Source: Methanobacterium sp. UBA375
Lineage (GTDB): Archaea; Methanobacteriota; Methanobacteria; Methanobacteriales; Methanobacteriaceae
Direction: 5' to 3'
Assembly (NCBI GenBank): GCA_002495625.1
Contig: DAGC01000003.1
Coordinates: forward strand, 151,980-183,979
DNA length: 32,000 nt
Made by a program: the position numbers and the translations under genes. Positions within the stretch are counted from its first letter, which is position 1, and every line of letters starts with the position of its first letter. This document shows, piece by piece, positions 19,038-28,140 of the stretch. The notes under the pieces were generated by a model. It searched no databases. It worked only from the letters and a program-made list of their open reading frames with translations, and was not told the DNA's origin.

Positions 19038-19616
19038 TCAATACCAAACATCCTTCAAACCCAAAAGATAGGCTATGGTGTTGGCTGCCACATGTAAAAT
19101 AACCGTGTAAACCAGGATTAAAAGTATTATCTCCAGTGGTATGGTCACCACCAGTGAAGCAAGTATTAAAGCCACTAATGCGAAGTCCAGCTGGTCTAAA
19201 AAGGGTGCTGGTTTTCCCCTTTCTATTTTTATCCTCCTTTTAATGAAGCTGCCCACTGCATCTCCAATTAAAGCCCCGGCACTGAGTGCTAATCCTAGTA
19301 GTATCCATCCTACAAAGTTAACAGGTATAATTCCTTCGATGGTGGTCCATTCTGGTATTAGAGTAAATATGTCACCGTAGTGCATGAAGACGATGCCCTG
19401 AAGAACTGCAATTAATGTTCCGATTATTATCCCCAGGATAGTCCCTCTCCAGGTCACTCCATCACCCAGTAGTCGGCGTCCATCCGTGAAATTTCTCTTA
19501 AAGTCTAGCGGTGCACCCCCACCGAAGGCTAGGGCCGAAACATTGGCCAGGTAGGCCGGTAGCATGAAGTACATAGCGTATGCTGATAAACTTATAAAAC
19601 TGATGGTTGGATCCAT
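19038..19616 (-). CDS. carS: CDP-archaeol synthase (CDP-2,3-bis-O-geranylgeranyl-sn-glycerol synthase)
   Basis: LPAYLANVSALAFGGGAPLDF..DGRRLLGDGVTWRG, GDAVGSFIKRR and DQLDFALVAL are colinear with the A. fulgidus CarS family as I recall it. Confidence 0.85.
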   Translation of the reverse strand: MDPTISFISLSAYAMYFMLPAYLANVSALAFGGGAPLDFKRNFTDGRRLLGDGVTWRGTILGIIIGTLIAVLQGIVFMHYGDIFTLIPEWTTIEGIIPVNFVGWILLGLALSAGALIGDAVGSFIKRRIKIERGKPAPFLDQLDFALVALILASLVVTIPLEIILLILVYTVILHVAANTIAYLLGLKDVWY

Positions 19617-19925
19617 TGGTTACCTCCAAATTAAAAGAAGTTAATAGTAATTGTTGAAGCTATTAAATAAGATGTTGGTTTAAATATTTGAAAAATAAAA
19701 GTAATTATCCATAACATCTTGTGCTTAACATCGATTGTTTACACGAAATAGTAAGATGAAACAACCTTTTAATGCTACCACGAATCATTTCTTTTCAGTA
19801 ATTCCATAAAAGGATATCATTTATTTATACCTTGAGCACAATAATATGATGTTACAGTAATGTATATCCCTTGCAATGATTTAAGTTAAAAAATTATAAG
19901 CTGTTAAAATAATTGGTGAGATTAT

Positions 19926-21419
19926 ATGGTTATAAAGAAGACCAAGAGTATGTGCCCCGAGTGCCTGGAAATCGTTGACGCAGAAGTCTACGAAGACCAG
20001 GGCAGGATAATGATAAGGAAGGAATGCAAAGAACACGGAGTATTCGAAAACACCTACTGGAGCAGTAGTGAAATTTATTATGATGCCTCTGATTACGATT
20101 ATAAGGGGGAGGGTATAGAAAACCCCCAAACAACTGTAGAGGGCGAATGTCCTTCTAACTGTGGATTATGCCCTGAACATGAAAGCCATACCATTTTAGG
20201 CCTTATAGACGTTACCAATCGCTGTAACCTTCGCTGCCCAGTATGTTTTGCAAACGCAGCAGTATCAGGAACTCTTTACGAGCCAACCTATGAAGAAATC
20301 AAGCAGATGCTCCGGAACCTGAGGAGTAACCAGCCAGTTCCCGCTCCGGCCATACAGTACGCTGGTGGTGAGCCCACCGTACGTAAAGACATTGTAGAAC
20401 TTATAAAACTGGCCAAGGAAGAGGGGTTCACCCACACCCAGATAGCAACCAACGGCATCCGCCTGGCAAAAAGACCGGAACTCATCAGGAAACTTAAGGA
20501 AGCGGGTTTAAACACTGTCTATCTCCAGTTCGACGGGGTTACAGAAGAACCCTACATCCAGATCAGGAACAGGAATCTCTTATCCATTAAATTAGAAGCC
20601 ATAGAGAACTGTAGAAAAGAAGATATGGGTATCGTCCTGGTACCCACACTGATTAAAGGTATAAACCATGACCAGATAGGGGACATTATCAAATTCGCTG
20701 CCAAAAACATCGATGTGATAAGGGGAGTGGTTTTCCAACCAGTATCTTTCGCTGGAAGAACACCCAGCGATGAAGTGGAAGGGCGGCGAATAACCATTCC
20801 TGATTTTGAAGAACTGGTCGAGGAACAAACGGATCGAGAGATCAAAGTGGAAGATTTCTACCCCGCATCATCTGTACTGCCTGTCTCTGAATTCATCGAG
20901 GCCATTGAAGGCGAGCCACAGGTGGCCTTCACCTGCCACCCCCACTGTGGAGCGGCCACCTACGTTTTCATAGATGAAGATAAGATGGTTCCAGTAACAC
21001 AATTCATAGATGTAGACCGCTTCTTCAACCTGTTATCCAAGAGTAGTGATGATATAAACAACGGCGGATTAGTGGCCAAATCAAAGGTTTTAGCCCGGGC
21101 CACAATCGAACTCCCCCAGACCATCAGCCTATCTAAAACCCCCGATTCATTGGATATTAAAAATATATTAATTAAAGTGTTTAAGGAACGGTCGTACGAT
21201 GCCCTGGGAGATTTCCATCATAAAAGTCTTTTAATCGCCTGCATGCACTTCATGGACCCCTGGAACTTCGACCACGACCGGGTGAGGAGATGTGTAATCC
21301 ATTACGCAGTTCCTGATGGAAGAATAATACCCTTCTGCGCCATGAACTCCATATACAGACAGGAGATTGAGAAGAAATTCTCCAAACCCTTCGGTAAGTC
21401 TAAAGAGGAATCTGATTAG
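19926..21419 (+). CDS. tes: Radical SAM protein of the tetraether lipid synthase (Tes / GDGT-MAS) type
   Basis: Radical SAM CNLRCPVC at 20223..20246. A second cluster CPSNCGLC at 20148..20171. N-terminal CPEC..CKEH knuckle. C-terminal Cys residues (CHPHCG, FCAMN). About 500 aa, GGTGAG Shine-Dalgarno element, and divergent neighbour of carS. The call is from domain layout and context, not from an alignment. Confidence 0.55.
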   Translation: MVIKKTKSMCPECLEIVDAEVYEDQGRIMIRKECKEHGVFENTYWSSSEIYYDASDYDYKGEGIENPQTTVEGECPSNCGLCPEHESHTILGLIDVTNRCNLRCPVCFANAAVSGTLYEPTYEEIKQMLRNLRSNQPVPAPAIQYAGGEPTVRKDIVELIKLAKEEGFTHTQIATNGIRLAKRPELIRKLKEAGLNTVYLQFDGVTEEPYIQIRNRNLLSIKLEAIENCRKEDMGIVLVPTLIKGINHDQIGDIIKFAAKNIDVIRGVVFQPVSFAGRTPSDEVEGRRITIPDFEELVEEQTDREIKVEDFYPASSVLPVSEFIEAIEGEPQVAFTCHPHCGAATYVFIDEDKMVPVTQFIDVDRFFNLLSKSSDDINNGGLVAKSKVLARATIELPQTISLSKTPDSLDIKNILIKVFKERSYDALGDFHHKSLLIACMHFMDPWNFDHDRVRRCVIHYAVPDGRIIPFCAMNSIYRQEIEKKFSKPFGKSKEESD

Positions 21420-21483
21420 TGAAGTTTATATCTTTATAATTTGAAACTAATATTAATTAAACAAATCTCAATTGGTTTTTTAA

Positions 21484-22473
21484 TTGATAATCGAAACTCC
21501 TTCCCGGCTGCATGTAACCCTTATCGACTTAAATGGTAGATATGGTCGAATTGACGGTGGTGTGGGCATCACAACCCGGAGTCCCAGTTTGGTCATGGAA
21601 GCACATGACGGACACGATGATATCCAGGTTGAATTTCCAGGTTCAGATATCCCCCAGGATACCCTGAACGATTATCAGGAGAAAATCTTCTCTGCAGCAG
21701 GTAAAATGAATGAATATCTCTCTCTGGAGGGAGGATACCATTTCAAGCTCAATGAGATTTTCCCCTCCCATTCTGGTCTTGGTTCCGGCACTCAATTATC
21801 ACTGGCCGTGGCCAAGGCCATATTGAAGATGAACCACCAGGATCTCCCCGCCCGTAAGATAGCTGAAATAGTGGGCCGGGGCGGTACATCAGGGATCGGG
21901 GTGGCTTCCTTTGAAAGCGGTGGTTTCATCATGGATGCCGGTCATAAGAAATCCATTAAGAAGGATTTTCTACCTTCCTCTGCTTCAAAAACATCACCAC
22001 CACCAGTTATAGCCAGATACGATTTTCCCAAGGATTGGAAGATCATCCTGGCCATACCCCATGTTGAACGGAAGGTATTCGGTGATGGAGAAGTTAACAT
22101 ATTCCAGAAGTACTGCCCCATACCCCTGGAAGAAGTGCAGGAATTAACCCATCTTCTCTTCATGAAAATGATGCCCGCTGTGCTTGAGGAAGATTTGGAC
22201 TCCTTTGGAGAATCAGTAAACAGTGTGCAGGATATCGGTTTTAAAAAGATCGAATTAGAACTGCAGAACCCCTTCATCAGGGAACTGATTGATAACCTGA
22301 GGAATGCCGGTGCTGCTGGGGTTGGAATGAGTTCTTTCGGTCCGACGGTATATGCGGTAACTGATACCAATTTCCAGGATATTTTAAAAGCTGCCCGTGA
22401 TTCCATGGGTGATAAAACCGGTGAGATAATACTCACCGCCGCCCAGAACGAGGGTGCTAAGATCTATAGATGA
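21484..22473 (+). CDS. mptG: Beta-ribofuranosylaminobenzene 5'-phosphate (beta-RFAP) synthase, GHMP-kinase fold (methanopterin biosynthesis)
   Basis: The N-terminus (M)IIETPSRLHVTLIDLNG matches the M. jannaschii beta-RFAP synthase N-terminus as I recall it. GHMP motif SHSGLGSGTQLSLAVA. The TTG start comes immediately after an in-frame TAA. Confidence 0.75.
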   Translation: MIIETPSRLHVTLIDLNGRYGRIDGGVGITTRSPSLVMEAHDGHDDIQVEFPGSDIPQDTLNDYQEKIFSAAGKMNEYLSLEGGYHFKLNEIFPSHSGLGSGTQLSLAVAKAILKMNHQDLPARKIAEIVGRGGTSGIGVASFESGGFIMDAGHKKSIKKDFLPSSASKTSPPPVIARYDFPKDWKIILAIPHVERKVFGDGEVNIFQKYCPIPLEEVQELTHLLFMKMMPAVLEEDLDSFGESVNSVQDIGFKKIELELQNPFIRELIDNLRNAGAAGVGMSSFGPTVYAVTDTNFQDILKAARDSMGDKTGEIILTAAQNEGAKIYR

Positions 22474-22543
22474 AATGAATTTTGAAGCTACATGAAGATT
22501 TTATTACTTTAAAATCAATAGATGAATTTTATTCGATGATAGT

Positions 22544-23032
22544 ATGATGGATAGGATAGAAGGAAAGGTCTGGACCTTCCGGGATAGCATAGACACCGAT
22601 GTGATCATTCCGGGGAGATACTTAAGGGCCCAAACACTGGATGAACTGGCATCACACGTCATGGAACCAGAAGACCCCATATTTGCAGAGAAAGTGCAAC
22701 AGGGGGATGTCATAGTGGCTGGCTGGAATTTCGGCTGCGGTTCATCCCGGGAACAGGCCCCGGTAGCCCTTAAACACGCCGGGATAGCTGCAATTGTAGC
22801 TAAATCATTTGCCCGGATATTCTACAGAAACGCCATAAACATTGGCCTACCAGTGATCGTGGCAAACGTGGAGGCAGAGAAGGGTGATGAGATATGTATA
22901 GACCTGAAGAAGGGAATTATAGAGGATAAATCCACCCATAAAACCTTTAAGATACAGCCCTTCAAGAAATTCATGCTGAAGATACTGGAAGACGGCGGTT
23001 TGACCGAGCATTACCTGAAAAAACAGGAATAA
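22544..23032 (+). CDS. Aconitase-family dehydratase small subunit (LeuD/HacB: isopropylmalate isomerase or homoaconitase)
   Basis: DTDVIIPGRYLR and GWNFGCGSSREQAP swivel-domain motifs, 162 aa. Confidence 0.8.
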   Translation: MMDRIEGKVWTFRDSIDTDVIIPGRYLRAQTLDELASHVMEPEDPIFAEKVQQGDVIVAGWNFGCGSSREQAPVALKHAGIAAIVAKSFARIFYRNAINIGLPVIVANVEAEKGDEICIDLKKGIIEDKSTHKTFKIQPFKKFMLKILEDGGLTEHYLKKQE

Positions 23033-23137
23033 TCCCCCATTTATTTTCATTGATCTATTGTACTTCTACATTTTTTTACTAAGAAATTTTATTTATTGAA
23101 AACAAATATCATTACTAAAATAGAGGAAATTAAAAAT

Positions 23138-23734
23138 ATGAACTGTACTGTATGTGGCTCCGATTCCCTGGAGATAATTAAAGCTAAGGGTAAAAAATCC
23201 AAAGAACTTCTCCTTAAATGTGAAGAATGTGGAAACGTTTTCAGAGAAGTGGTAGACGTGGGTAAACCCGTAGATCGCCGGGTAGTGGTGAGTGAATTCG
23301 AAAACAGCCACAAAACCTTCATCAAACTGTATGAAGATGAAATCCTCCACACTGGAGACCTGATAGATTTAGATGGAAGGGAAGCCGAGATCACCTCCCT
23401 TGAAAATAAACGGGGAGGCCGAGTTTCAAAAAGTGCAGTGGAGGATGTTGAAACTATCTGGGCCTCTTATACTGACATACCGGCAAGGGTTGGTATTTCA
23501 GTCGATTACGGAGGTCGAATATTATCCCAGAAGGTGGAAGTAAATCCCGACTTCGAATTTACCATCGGTGAGGTGGTGAAGATGGGAAACATCATCTTCC
23601 GGATCAACTCCCTGAAGACATTGGAGAGGAAGATGAGAAAGGGATTCGCCCGGGCATCGGTAACCAAGAGGGTATATGGCAGACCAGTTGAGGAACAGAG
23701 ATTTAAGTATGATTTAACCTCCAAGGTGGTGTAG
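23138..23734 (+). CDS. Archaeal Zn-finger protein (COG1326-like, uncharacterised)
   Basis: MNCTVCGS-x19-CEECGN zinc ribbon followed by a beta-rich domain. I prefer ATG at 23138, which has GAGG upstream and a TATA-like TTTTATTTATT at 23086..23096. The track start, TTG at 23096, would lie inside that TATA element. The stop codon abuts the pcm start. Confidence 0.6.
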   Translation: MNCTVCGSDSLEIIKAKGKKSKELLLKCEECGNVFREVVDVGKPVDRRVVVSEFENSHKTFIKLYEDEILHTGDLIDLDGREAEITSLENKRGGRVSKSAVEDVETIWASYTDIPARVGISVDYGGRILSQKVEVNPDFEFTIGEVVKMGNIIFRINSLKTLERKMRKGFARASVTKRVYGRPVEEQRFKYDLTSKVV

Positions 23735-24388
23735 ATGGAGAAGGAAAGGAAGGCGCTGGTGGAGAAGTTAGAAGACTACGGCTATATAAAAACCGATAAA
23801 GTAAAAAATGCCATGCTCAAGGTCCCCCGGGAAGAGTTCATCCCCCCGGAAAACAGGCAGCACGCCTATAAAGACCAGCCACTCCCCATTGGAGAGGGAC
23901 AGACTATATCCGCACCCCATATGGTGGCCATGATCTGTGAAACTCTGGAGCTTCAAGAGGGTATGAAAATCCTAGAAATAGGAGCAGGCTTCGGATACAA
24001 CGCCGCAGTGGTAGCTGAACTCATAGGACCAGAAGGGCATTTATTCACCACTGAACGAATAGAAAGTCTGGCGCAGATGGCAGAAGAAAACTTGAAACGC
24101 ACCGGTTACCATAACGTCACAGTGCTCCACATAGACGGTACAAAGGGACTCAAAGAGGAAGCACCCTTCGATAGGATATATGCAACAGCCAGCGCCCCTA
24201 AAGTACCGGAACCACTCAAGGATCAGCTCAAGATAGGTGGAAGACTTCTAACACCCATCGGACCGCAGGCCTACCTCCAGGAACTGGTCTGTATCCTTCG
24301 AAAGGACCAACATAAATTCAGGAGCCATAAACTCGGCGGAGTGGCCTTCGTGCCCATGATCGGTGAGCATGGCTGGCCTGAAGATTGA
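23735..24388 (+). CDS. pcm: Protein-L-isoaspartate O-methyltransferase
   Basis: QTISAPHMVA and LEIGAGFGYNAAV (SAM-binding motif I), 217 aa. Confidence 0.9.
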   Translation: MEKERKALVEKLEDYGYIKTDKVKNAMLKVPREEFIPPENRQHAYKDQPLPIGEGQTISAPHMVAMICETLELQEGMKILEIGAGFGYNAAVVAELIGPEGHLFTTERIESLAQMAEENLKRTGYHNVTVLHIDGTKGLKEEAPFDRIYATASAPKVPEPLKDQLKIGGRLLTPIGPQAYLQELVCILRKDQHKFRSHKLGGVAFVPMIGEHGWPED

Positions 24389-24498
24389 ATAAATCTAATT
24401 TTAAACCTTTATTTGGAATAAGAAATTTGAAATAAATATTTTTTATGACACTTTATTTGAACAACTTTATTTGAACAAAATTTTGAGGAATAATTTTA

Positions 24499-25779
24499 AT
24501 GAACATCTACATAGAGACCTTCGGTTGCACCTTCAATCAGGCAGATTCCCAGATAATGGCCGGCCTCCTCCAGGAAGATGGTAATGAGCTGGTGGATGAT
24601 GTGGAAGATGCGGAGGTTTTGATCCTAAACACCTGCTACGTGAAACAGCCCACGGAACAGAAGGTGGTAAACAGGATAATGAAGTTGCAGGAGGCGTATC
24701 CTGAGAAAAACCTTATAATCAGTGGTTGTATGGTGGAGATAGACCAGGATAAACTGGAAAAGATCGCGCCGGGTGCCAGCTGGGTGGGTCCCCATAAAAT
24801 CACCTCAGCCCCGGATATGGTTAAATCCGTATGTGCCGGGGAAACTGTGAGATTAACGGGTTTTGAAGATGTAAACAAGGTTTGCCTGCCTAAGATACGT
24901 TCCAATGAATTGATCAACATCATACAGATCTGTGAGGGATGCGACGGATACTGCAGCTACTGCTGTACCAGAATCGCCCGTGGAAACCTCAAGAGCTACC
25001 CGGTTGAACTCGTAAAACAGGAAACAGAAAGGGCGGTTAGAGAAGGATGTGTGGAAGTACAGCTTACTGCCCAGGATACAGCGGCGTACGGTAAAGATAG
25101 TGGAACTTCATTATCTGAACTTGTAAACGCCGTAACCAGTGTACAGGGCAAATTCAAGGTTAGGGTGGGGATGATGCACCCTAAAAGTGTTAAAAACGAT
25201 ATTGATGAGTTAATCCGTGCCTTTAAGAGCGATAAAGTCTATAAATTCATCCACATCCCCCTCCAAAGCGGTAACGACCAGGTTCTATCTGATATGAACC
25301 GGGGGCACAGCGCGCAGGAATTCCTGGATATCATCTCCCAGTTTCGAAGGGAAATACCCGGAATTTCCATCTCCACCGATATCATCGTAGGATATCCCAC
25401 AGAAGATGATGAGGCCTTCCAGGATACCTTGAAGGTAATTGAAGAAATTCAACCGGATTTTCTCCATATATCCAAGTATCATCACCGTCCAGGTTCAAAC
25501 TCATCCAGTCTTAAAGAGATAGAACACCAGGACATGAAAAAGCGTTCAAAGGAGTTGAATGAACTTAAATATGTCATCACACTCCATAACAATGAAAAAT
25601 TACTGGGTAAAGTGTTACCGGTGCTCGTTACAGATACCGGGAGAAAGGGTGGTTTTACTGGCCGGACTGATTCTTATAAATTGGTGGTTGTAGATGATGC
25701 AGCCCTGGGAAGCTTTGTTGATGTGGAAATCACCGAGGCTAAAGCCACCTACCTGAAGGGGCATGTTGTTTCAGATTGA
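24499..25779 (+). CDS. Archaeal MiaB-family methylthiotransferase (MtaB/CDKAL1-like, ms2t6A), with UPF0004, radical SAM and TRAM domains
   Basis: IYIETFGCTFNQADS, radical SAM CDGYCSYC, and a C-terminal TRAM-like VDVEITEAKATYLKG. Confidence 0.85.
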   Translation: MNIYIETFGCTFNQADSQIMAGLLQEDGNELVDDVEDAEVLILNTCYVKQPTEQKVVNRIMKLQEAYPEKNLIISGCMVEIDQDKLEKIAPGASWVGPHKITSAPDMVKSVCAGETVRLTGFEDVNKVCLPKIRSNELINIIQICEGCDGYCSYCCTRIARGNLKSYPVELVKQETERAVREGCVEVQLTAQDTAAYGKDSGTSLSELVNAVTSVQGKFKVRVGMMHPKSVKNDIDELIRAFKSDKVYKFIHIPLQSGNDQVLSDMNRGHSAQEFLDIISQFRREIPGISISTDIIVGYPTEDDEAFQDTLKVIEEIQPDFLHISKYHHRPGSNSSSLKEIEHQDMKKRSKELNELKYVITLHNNEKLLGKVLPVLVTDTGRKGGFTGRTDSYKLVVVDDAALGSFVDVEITEAKATYLKGHVVSD

Positions 25780-25896
25780 TGATGCATCATTCATTAAATG
25801 AGATATATCTTTCATAATATTCTCGGTTTTATAGACGTATTTATATAGTGTTATATACCAATAACTATCCATTAGATAGCCATTTAAGTGATGGAA

Positions 25897-26634
25897 ATGC
25901 GTTTCATAGTATGCGATGATTGTGGGGGTTACTATAAATTAGAACCTGGTGAATCCCTGGAAGACTTTGCTGAATGTCAATGCGGAGGCCATCTTCGTTA
26001 CGCCCAATCATTTGAAGAGATCATAAAAAGTAGAAACGCCCCAACAAAAACCTGCATCCACTGCGGAGCCCGAAACAGGGAAACTGACACAGTCTGTTTT
26101 ACCTGTGGAGAGAAACTGGGGAGGGTAAATCGCAGGATTGGTGACCATCCAGCTGGAAAGTATCCGAAAACACGTGTAAAGAGAAGTTATCCGAAAACAC
26201 ATGTAAGTATCCTGGACAGGATAAGTTTTAGGGCGGTTCTTGCCGGTCTTATATTTTTATTCGTAGCATCCATCATCGCTTCATTCGGATTTGCTGGAAG
26301 CATATTATCCACTAATGGTATAGATGTGGTCAGATCCCTGGGCGGCTATATAATAGTGCTTATTTTCGCAATAATCGCCTCCGGATTCATCGCTTCTTAT
26401 GTAAGTAGTTCTGTAGAATATTTGGACGGTCTTCTAAATGGTGGGATGGTTGGTTTCATTCTTTCAGTGTTACTCGCTCTCCTGGTTATGATCTTGGCCA
26501 TGATGGTGGATGTGGCTGCCGGGATTTTAGCGGGGTTGATTACCCTGGTTGCTTATGCTCTGGTTTATGGATCTCTTACAGCCCTTGGTGGGTTGATTGG
26601 AGTGTGGCTGCGCAATTTCATGGAAAGTAATTGA
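25897..26634 (+). CDS. Zinc-ribbon N-domain / multi-pass membrane C-domain protein (hypothetical), paralog 1
   Basis: CDDCGG-x19-CQCGG plus a second ribbon CIHCG-x10-CFTCG, then about 5 TM helices with LNGGMVGFIL. I chose ATG at 25897 by alignment with the paralog N-terminus (the track starts at GTG 25888). Confidence 0.65.
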   Translation: MRFIVCDDCGGYYKLEPGESLEDFAECQCGGHLRYAQSFEEIIKSRNAPTKTCIHCGARNRETDTVCFTCGEKLGRVNRRIGDHPAGKYPKTRVKRSYPKTHVSILDRISFRAVLAGLIFLFVASIIASFGFAGSILSTNGIDVVRSLGGYIIVLIFAIIASGFIASYVSSSVEYLDGLLNGGMVGFILSVLLALLVMILAMMVDVAAGILAGLITLVAYALVYGSLTALGGLIGVWLRNFMESN

Positions 26635-26699
26635 ATATTTTCAGGACTCATCTTATAAATATAAACCCTTATAAACTATCCTGACTATACTATTCTTCC

Positions 26700-27356
26700 A
26701 TGTCCTATTTGATCTGCAAGAAATGTGGAAAAGAGTACCCCCTACCGGAGGGAAAAGAGTCTTTCAACTATCAGAATTGTGAATGTGGAGGTAAACTGGA
26801 ATATTCTCCTCTCCCGAAAAGGAATTATGTAATGACACAGCAGGATTTTCCCAACACACAGCGAGATTTATTCAACACTCAGCAGGATTCTACCACAGAG
26901 CAGGATTTTCCCAATAAAGAAGATGGTTCTCCCCTAACACAACAGGACCTTCAAAATAAACAATACACAAGACCCTCCCCTCATAGCCGGATAAAATGGA
27001 AGGGAGTTCTTGTGGGGCTTTCATTCCTATTTATATCCCTGATCTTATCGGTAATGATAGCATTCGGCGAAAATCTTCCCACCAGTCCCTCGGATATTCC
27101 AATTGAGTTTTTAACTTATTTCAGCATGATTATTACTGCTTTAACCATATTTGCCGGGTCAATCTCTGCTTATCTAAGTGGCAGTAAGAAGTTCCTGGAA
27201 GGAGCCCTGAATGGTGGGATGGTAGGTGTGATACTAGGATTTATCCTCGGCTTAGCAGGTGGAGCAGTGGTCTTCTTAAGTGGAATCCTTATTTTTGGAT
27301 CAATTTCCATGATCGGCGGAATTATCGGGATTTTCCCCAGGAAACTGTTTAAATAA
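26700..27356 (+). CDS. Zinc-ribbon N-domain / multi-pass membrane C-domain protein (hypothetical), paralog 2
   Basis: CKKCG-x19-CECGG, a Q/D-rich 7-aa repeat linker, and TM helices with LNGGMVGVIL. It is colinear with the upstream gene. Confidence 0.65.
   Translation: MSYLICKKCGKEYPLPEGKESFNYQNCECGGKLEYSPLPKRNYVMTQQDFPNTQRDLFNTQQDSTTEQDFPNKEDGSPLTQQDLQNKQYTRPSPHSRIKWKGVLVGLSFLFISLILSVMIAFGENLPTSPSDIPIEFLTYFSMIITALTIFAGSISAYLSGSKKFLEGALNGGMVGVILGFILGLAGGAVVFLSGILIFGSISMIGGIIGIFPRKLFK
26835..26960 (+). repeat. In-frame 21-nt (7-aa) tandem repeats TQQDFPN / TQRDLFN / TQQDSTT / EQDFPNK ... TQQDLQN
   Basis: ACACAGCAGGATTTTCCCAAC-like units are read directly from the sequence. Confidence 0.7.
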
Positions 27357-27378
27357 TAAAAAAAGTAGGTATATTCTA

Positions 27379-27576
27379 TTATCTTGGTCTTAGAAGTTTT
27401 CTGTTAAGTTTTTCCATCTTCTTCAATTCTTTCATCTGTTTTTCGAGATTTCCATCTTCCACAGAAATAGTACCCCTATATCCACAATTTTTGCATATCC
27501 ACCCTAAGTCAGTATCAGGGACATTTTTTATCATATTTACAGAACCACATTGTGGGCAGTGCACCCTTTTTGACAT
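27379..27576 (-). CDS. Small zinc-ribbon protein with basic coiled C-terminal tail (hypothetical)
   Basis: CPQCGS-x18-CKNCG, then EKQMKELKKMEKLNRKLLRPR. I prefer ATG at 27576 (MSKRVHC). An oligo-T run on the minus strand follows right after the stop (A7 at 27360..27366). Confidence 0.5.
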   Translation of the reverse strand: MSKRVHCPQCGSVNMIKNVPDTDLGWICKNCGYRGTISVEDGNLEKQMKELKKMEKLNRKLLRPR

Positions 27577-27660
27577 AAACAAACCCCTTTCCAAGATTTG
27601 AGAATAAAAAAATAATCCAAGATAGTATATGAATTTTATAACATATAATACTTGATGTAC

Positions 27661-27747
<87 letters not shown>

Positions 27748-27748
27748 A

Positions 27749-27822
<74 letters not shown>

Positions 27823-27852
27823 CGTCGTCCATTTTGAATATAATCATATTCC

Positions 27853-27860
27853 TATATAAA
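27853..27860 (-). promoter_or_regulatory. TATA box of the tRNA-Val/tRNA-Phe operon
   Basis: The minus strand reads AAAGATTTATATAGG. The TATA ends 30 nt before the mature tRNA-Val 5' end, consistent with a short leader of about 7 nt. Confidence 0.5.
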
Positions 27861-28140
27861 TCTTTGTAACTTCCAGGGCTGTAATGGGCGTACAATAAAT
27901 TATTTTCCATAAGATTTTTCCACAACAGTTAAATAGTAAAATTGAGATGTAGATATGTTATATTTATAAAAATATTTTATCAAAAATTAAATCTTCAGTA
28001 TTAACCCTATAATTTAAGTTTTATACCTTTTATAAAGCTTTATTGTTTAAATTAAATGAAATGATACCAGCATTCCAAATTTATTTAAGTTTATAATTAC
28101 ATAAAAGAAAGAGTAGATAAAAATTTGGGAGGGATAACTA

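Noticed and set aside
21942-22436. 164-aa minus-strand ORF inside the beta-RFAP synthase gene
   Set aside because: It is a shadow ORF of a well-supported gene, with a Ser-rich low-complexity translation.
25779-25790. 12-bp perfect palindrome ATGATGCATCAT at the methylthiotransferase stop codon
   Set aside because: It is a loop-less palindrome made of stop-codon-rich triplets and contains a common 6-bp restriction-type site. It occurs once and has no partner site, so it is probably fortuitous.
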